64,000 nt of DNA from contig NC_087436.1 of the NCBI RefSeq assembly GCF_036321535.1, positions 120,468,001 to 120,532,000 on the forward strand. Direction: 5' to 3'. The DNA is from Camelus dromedarius (lineage: Eukaryota). The translations under genes were made by a program, and so were the position numbers. Shown one piece after another: positions 63,471-64,000 of the stretch (its first letter is position 1; each line of letters begins with the position of its first letter). The notes below the pieces were generated by a model, which worked only from the letters and a program-made list of their open reading frames with translations, was not told the DNA's origin and did not search any database.

Positions 63471-64000
63471 TGTCTGCCGGGCTGCATGATTCAAGTGCCT
63501 CATTCTGAACTATTTATAGCATCTCTGTGAGCCCTAACAACAAACAAAACCTACTAAGAGCACTGCGCAGAGGACGAAACACATAAATGAATAAGTGACT
63601 TCTGCCGCGCTGCGGTTACCCGCCCGTGAGTAACAGAGAGAGGCGGGGCGTGGAGGAGCCGAGAGGCCACCCTGTCCGCCGCCCCCACGCGAGGGGTGAC
63701 TGGGACACATCCTCGCCAGAAGCGCAAGATTATCTACAGAGCTGCATCGGAACGCTCAAACGCAGCAAGCGCCTAAAAGGCTTCTGTGGAAACTGTCAAT
63801 AAGGTTCCTGCCAATTCTGTGACTTGGAAGGTGTGCGTGGCCTTCTTTGAGTAACCAGACTTTACCAACCAGTTATTTAAGATGAGCACGCAGGAAGTCT
63901 GGCGGGAAGGCTGCAAATAATGATGACATTAATAATAACACTAACAGTAATAATAAAAGTAACGGGGCACATGCTACGTGCTCGACACTGCTAACACCTG

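Noticed and set aside
1..64000. CRISPR arrays, operons, prophage or defence systems, or a novel multi-gene system
   Set aside because: The window is mammalian intron-exon DNA with no repeat-spacer arrays. All convincing coding signal is accounted for by HTRA3, ACOX3 and retroelement remnants.

Overview
GC-rich mammalian genomic DNA, not prokaryotic. The tRNA-derived SINE type suggests a camelid (inference). The window holds two convergent intron-containing genes in the order recalled for human 4p16.1. On the + strand is the 3' part of HTRA3: coding exons at 922-1116, 1865-1897, 3610-3724, 10701-10749, 12353-12448 and 13575-13740, covering the second half of the trypsin-like domain and the PDZ domain, with ATTAAA at 14721. 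On the - strand are the last seven coding exons of ACOX3 (62662 down to 47358, ending in the PTS1 signal SKL). All these exons have GT-AG boundaries and compatible phases. The remainder is intronic or intergenic sequence with L1, L2, CR1, MIR, MaLR/ERVL LTRs, hAT MITE fragments, young SINEs and simple repeats. Almost all ORFs in the supplied track are artefacts of high GC. The most notable observation is the orthologue of the HTRA3 short-isoform terminal exon (4669 onward; APLPAVH versus human APSLAVH). It has CGA where the stop should be, giving a 35-aa extension, and only a variant GATAAA poly(A) hexamer. Old repeats in the window show patchy AT-to-GC shifts. I found no evidence of a wholly new multi-gene system. 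Exon numbers, human comparisons and repeat family names come from memory and were not checked against a database.
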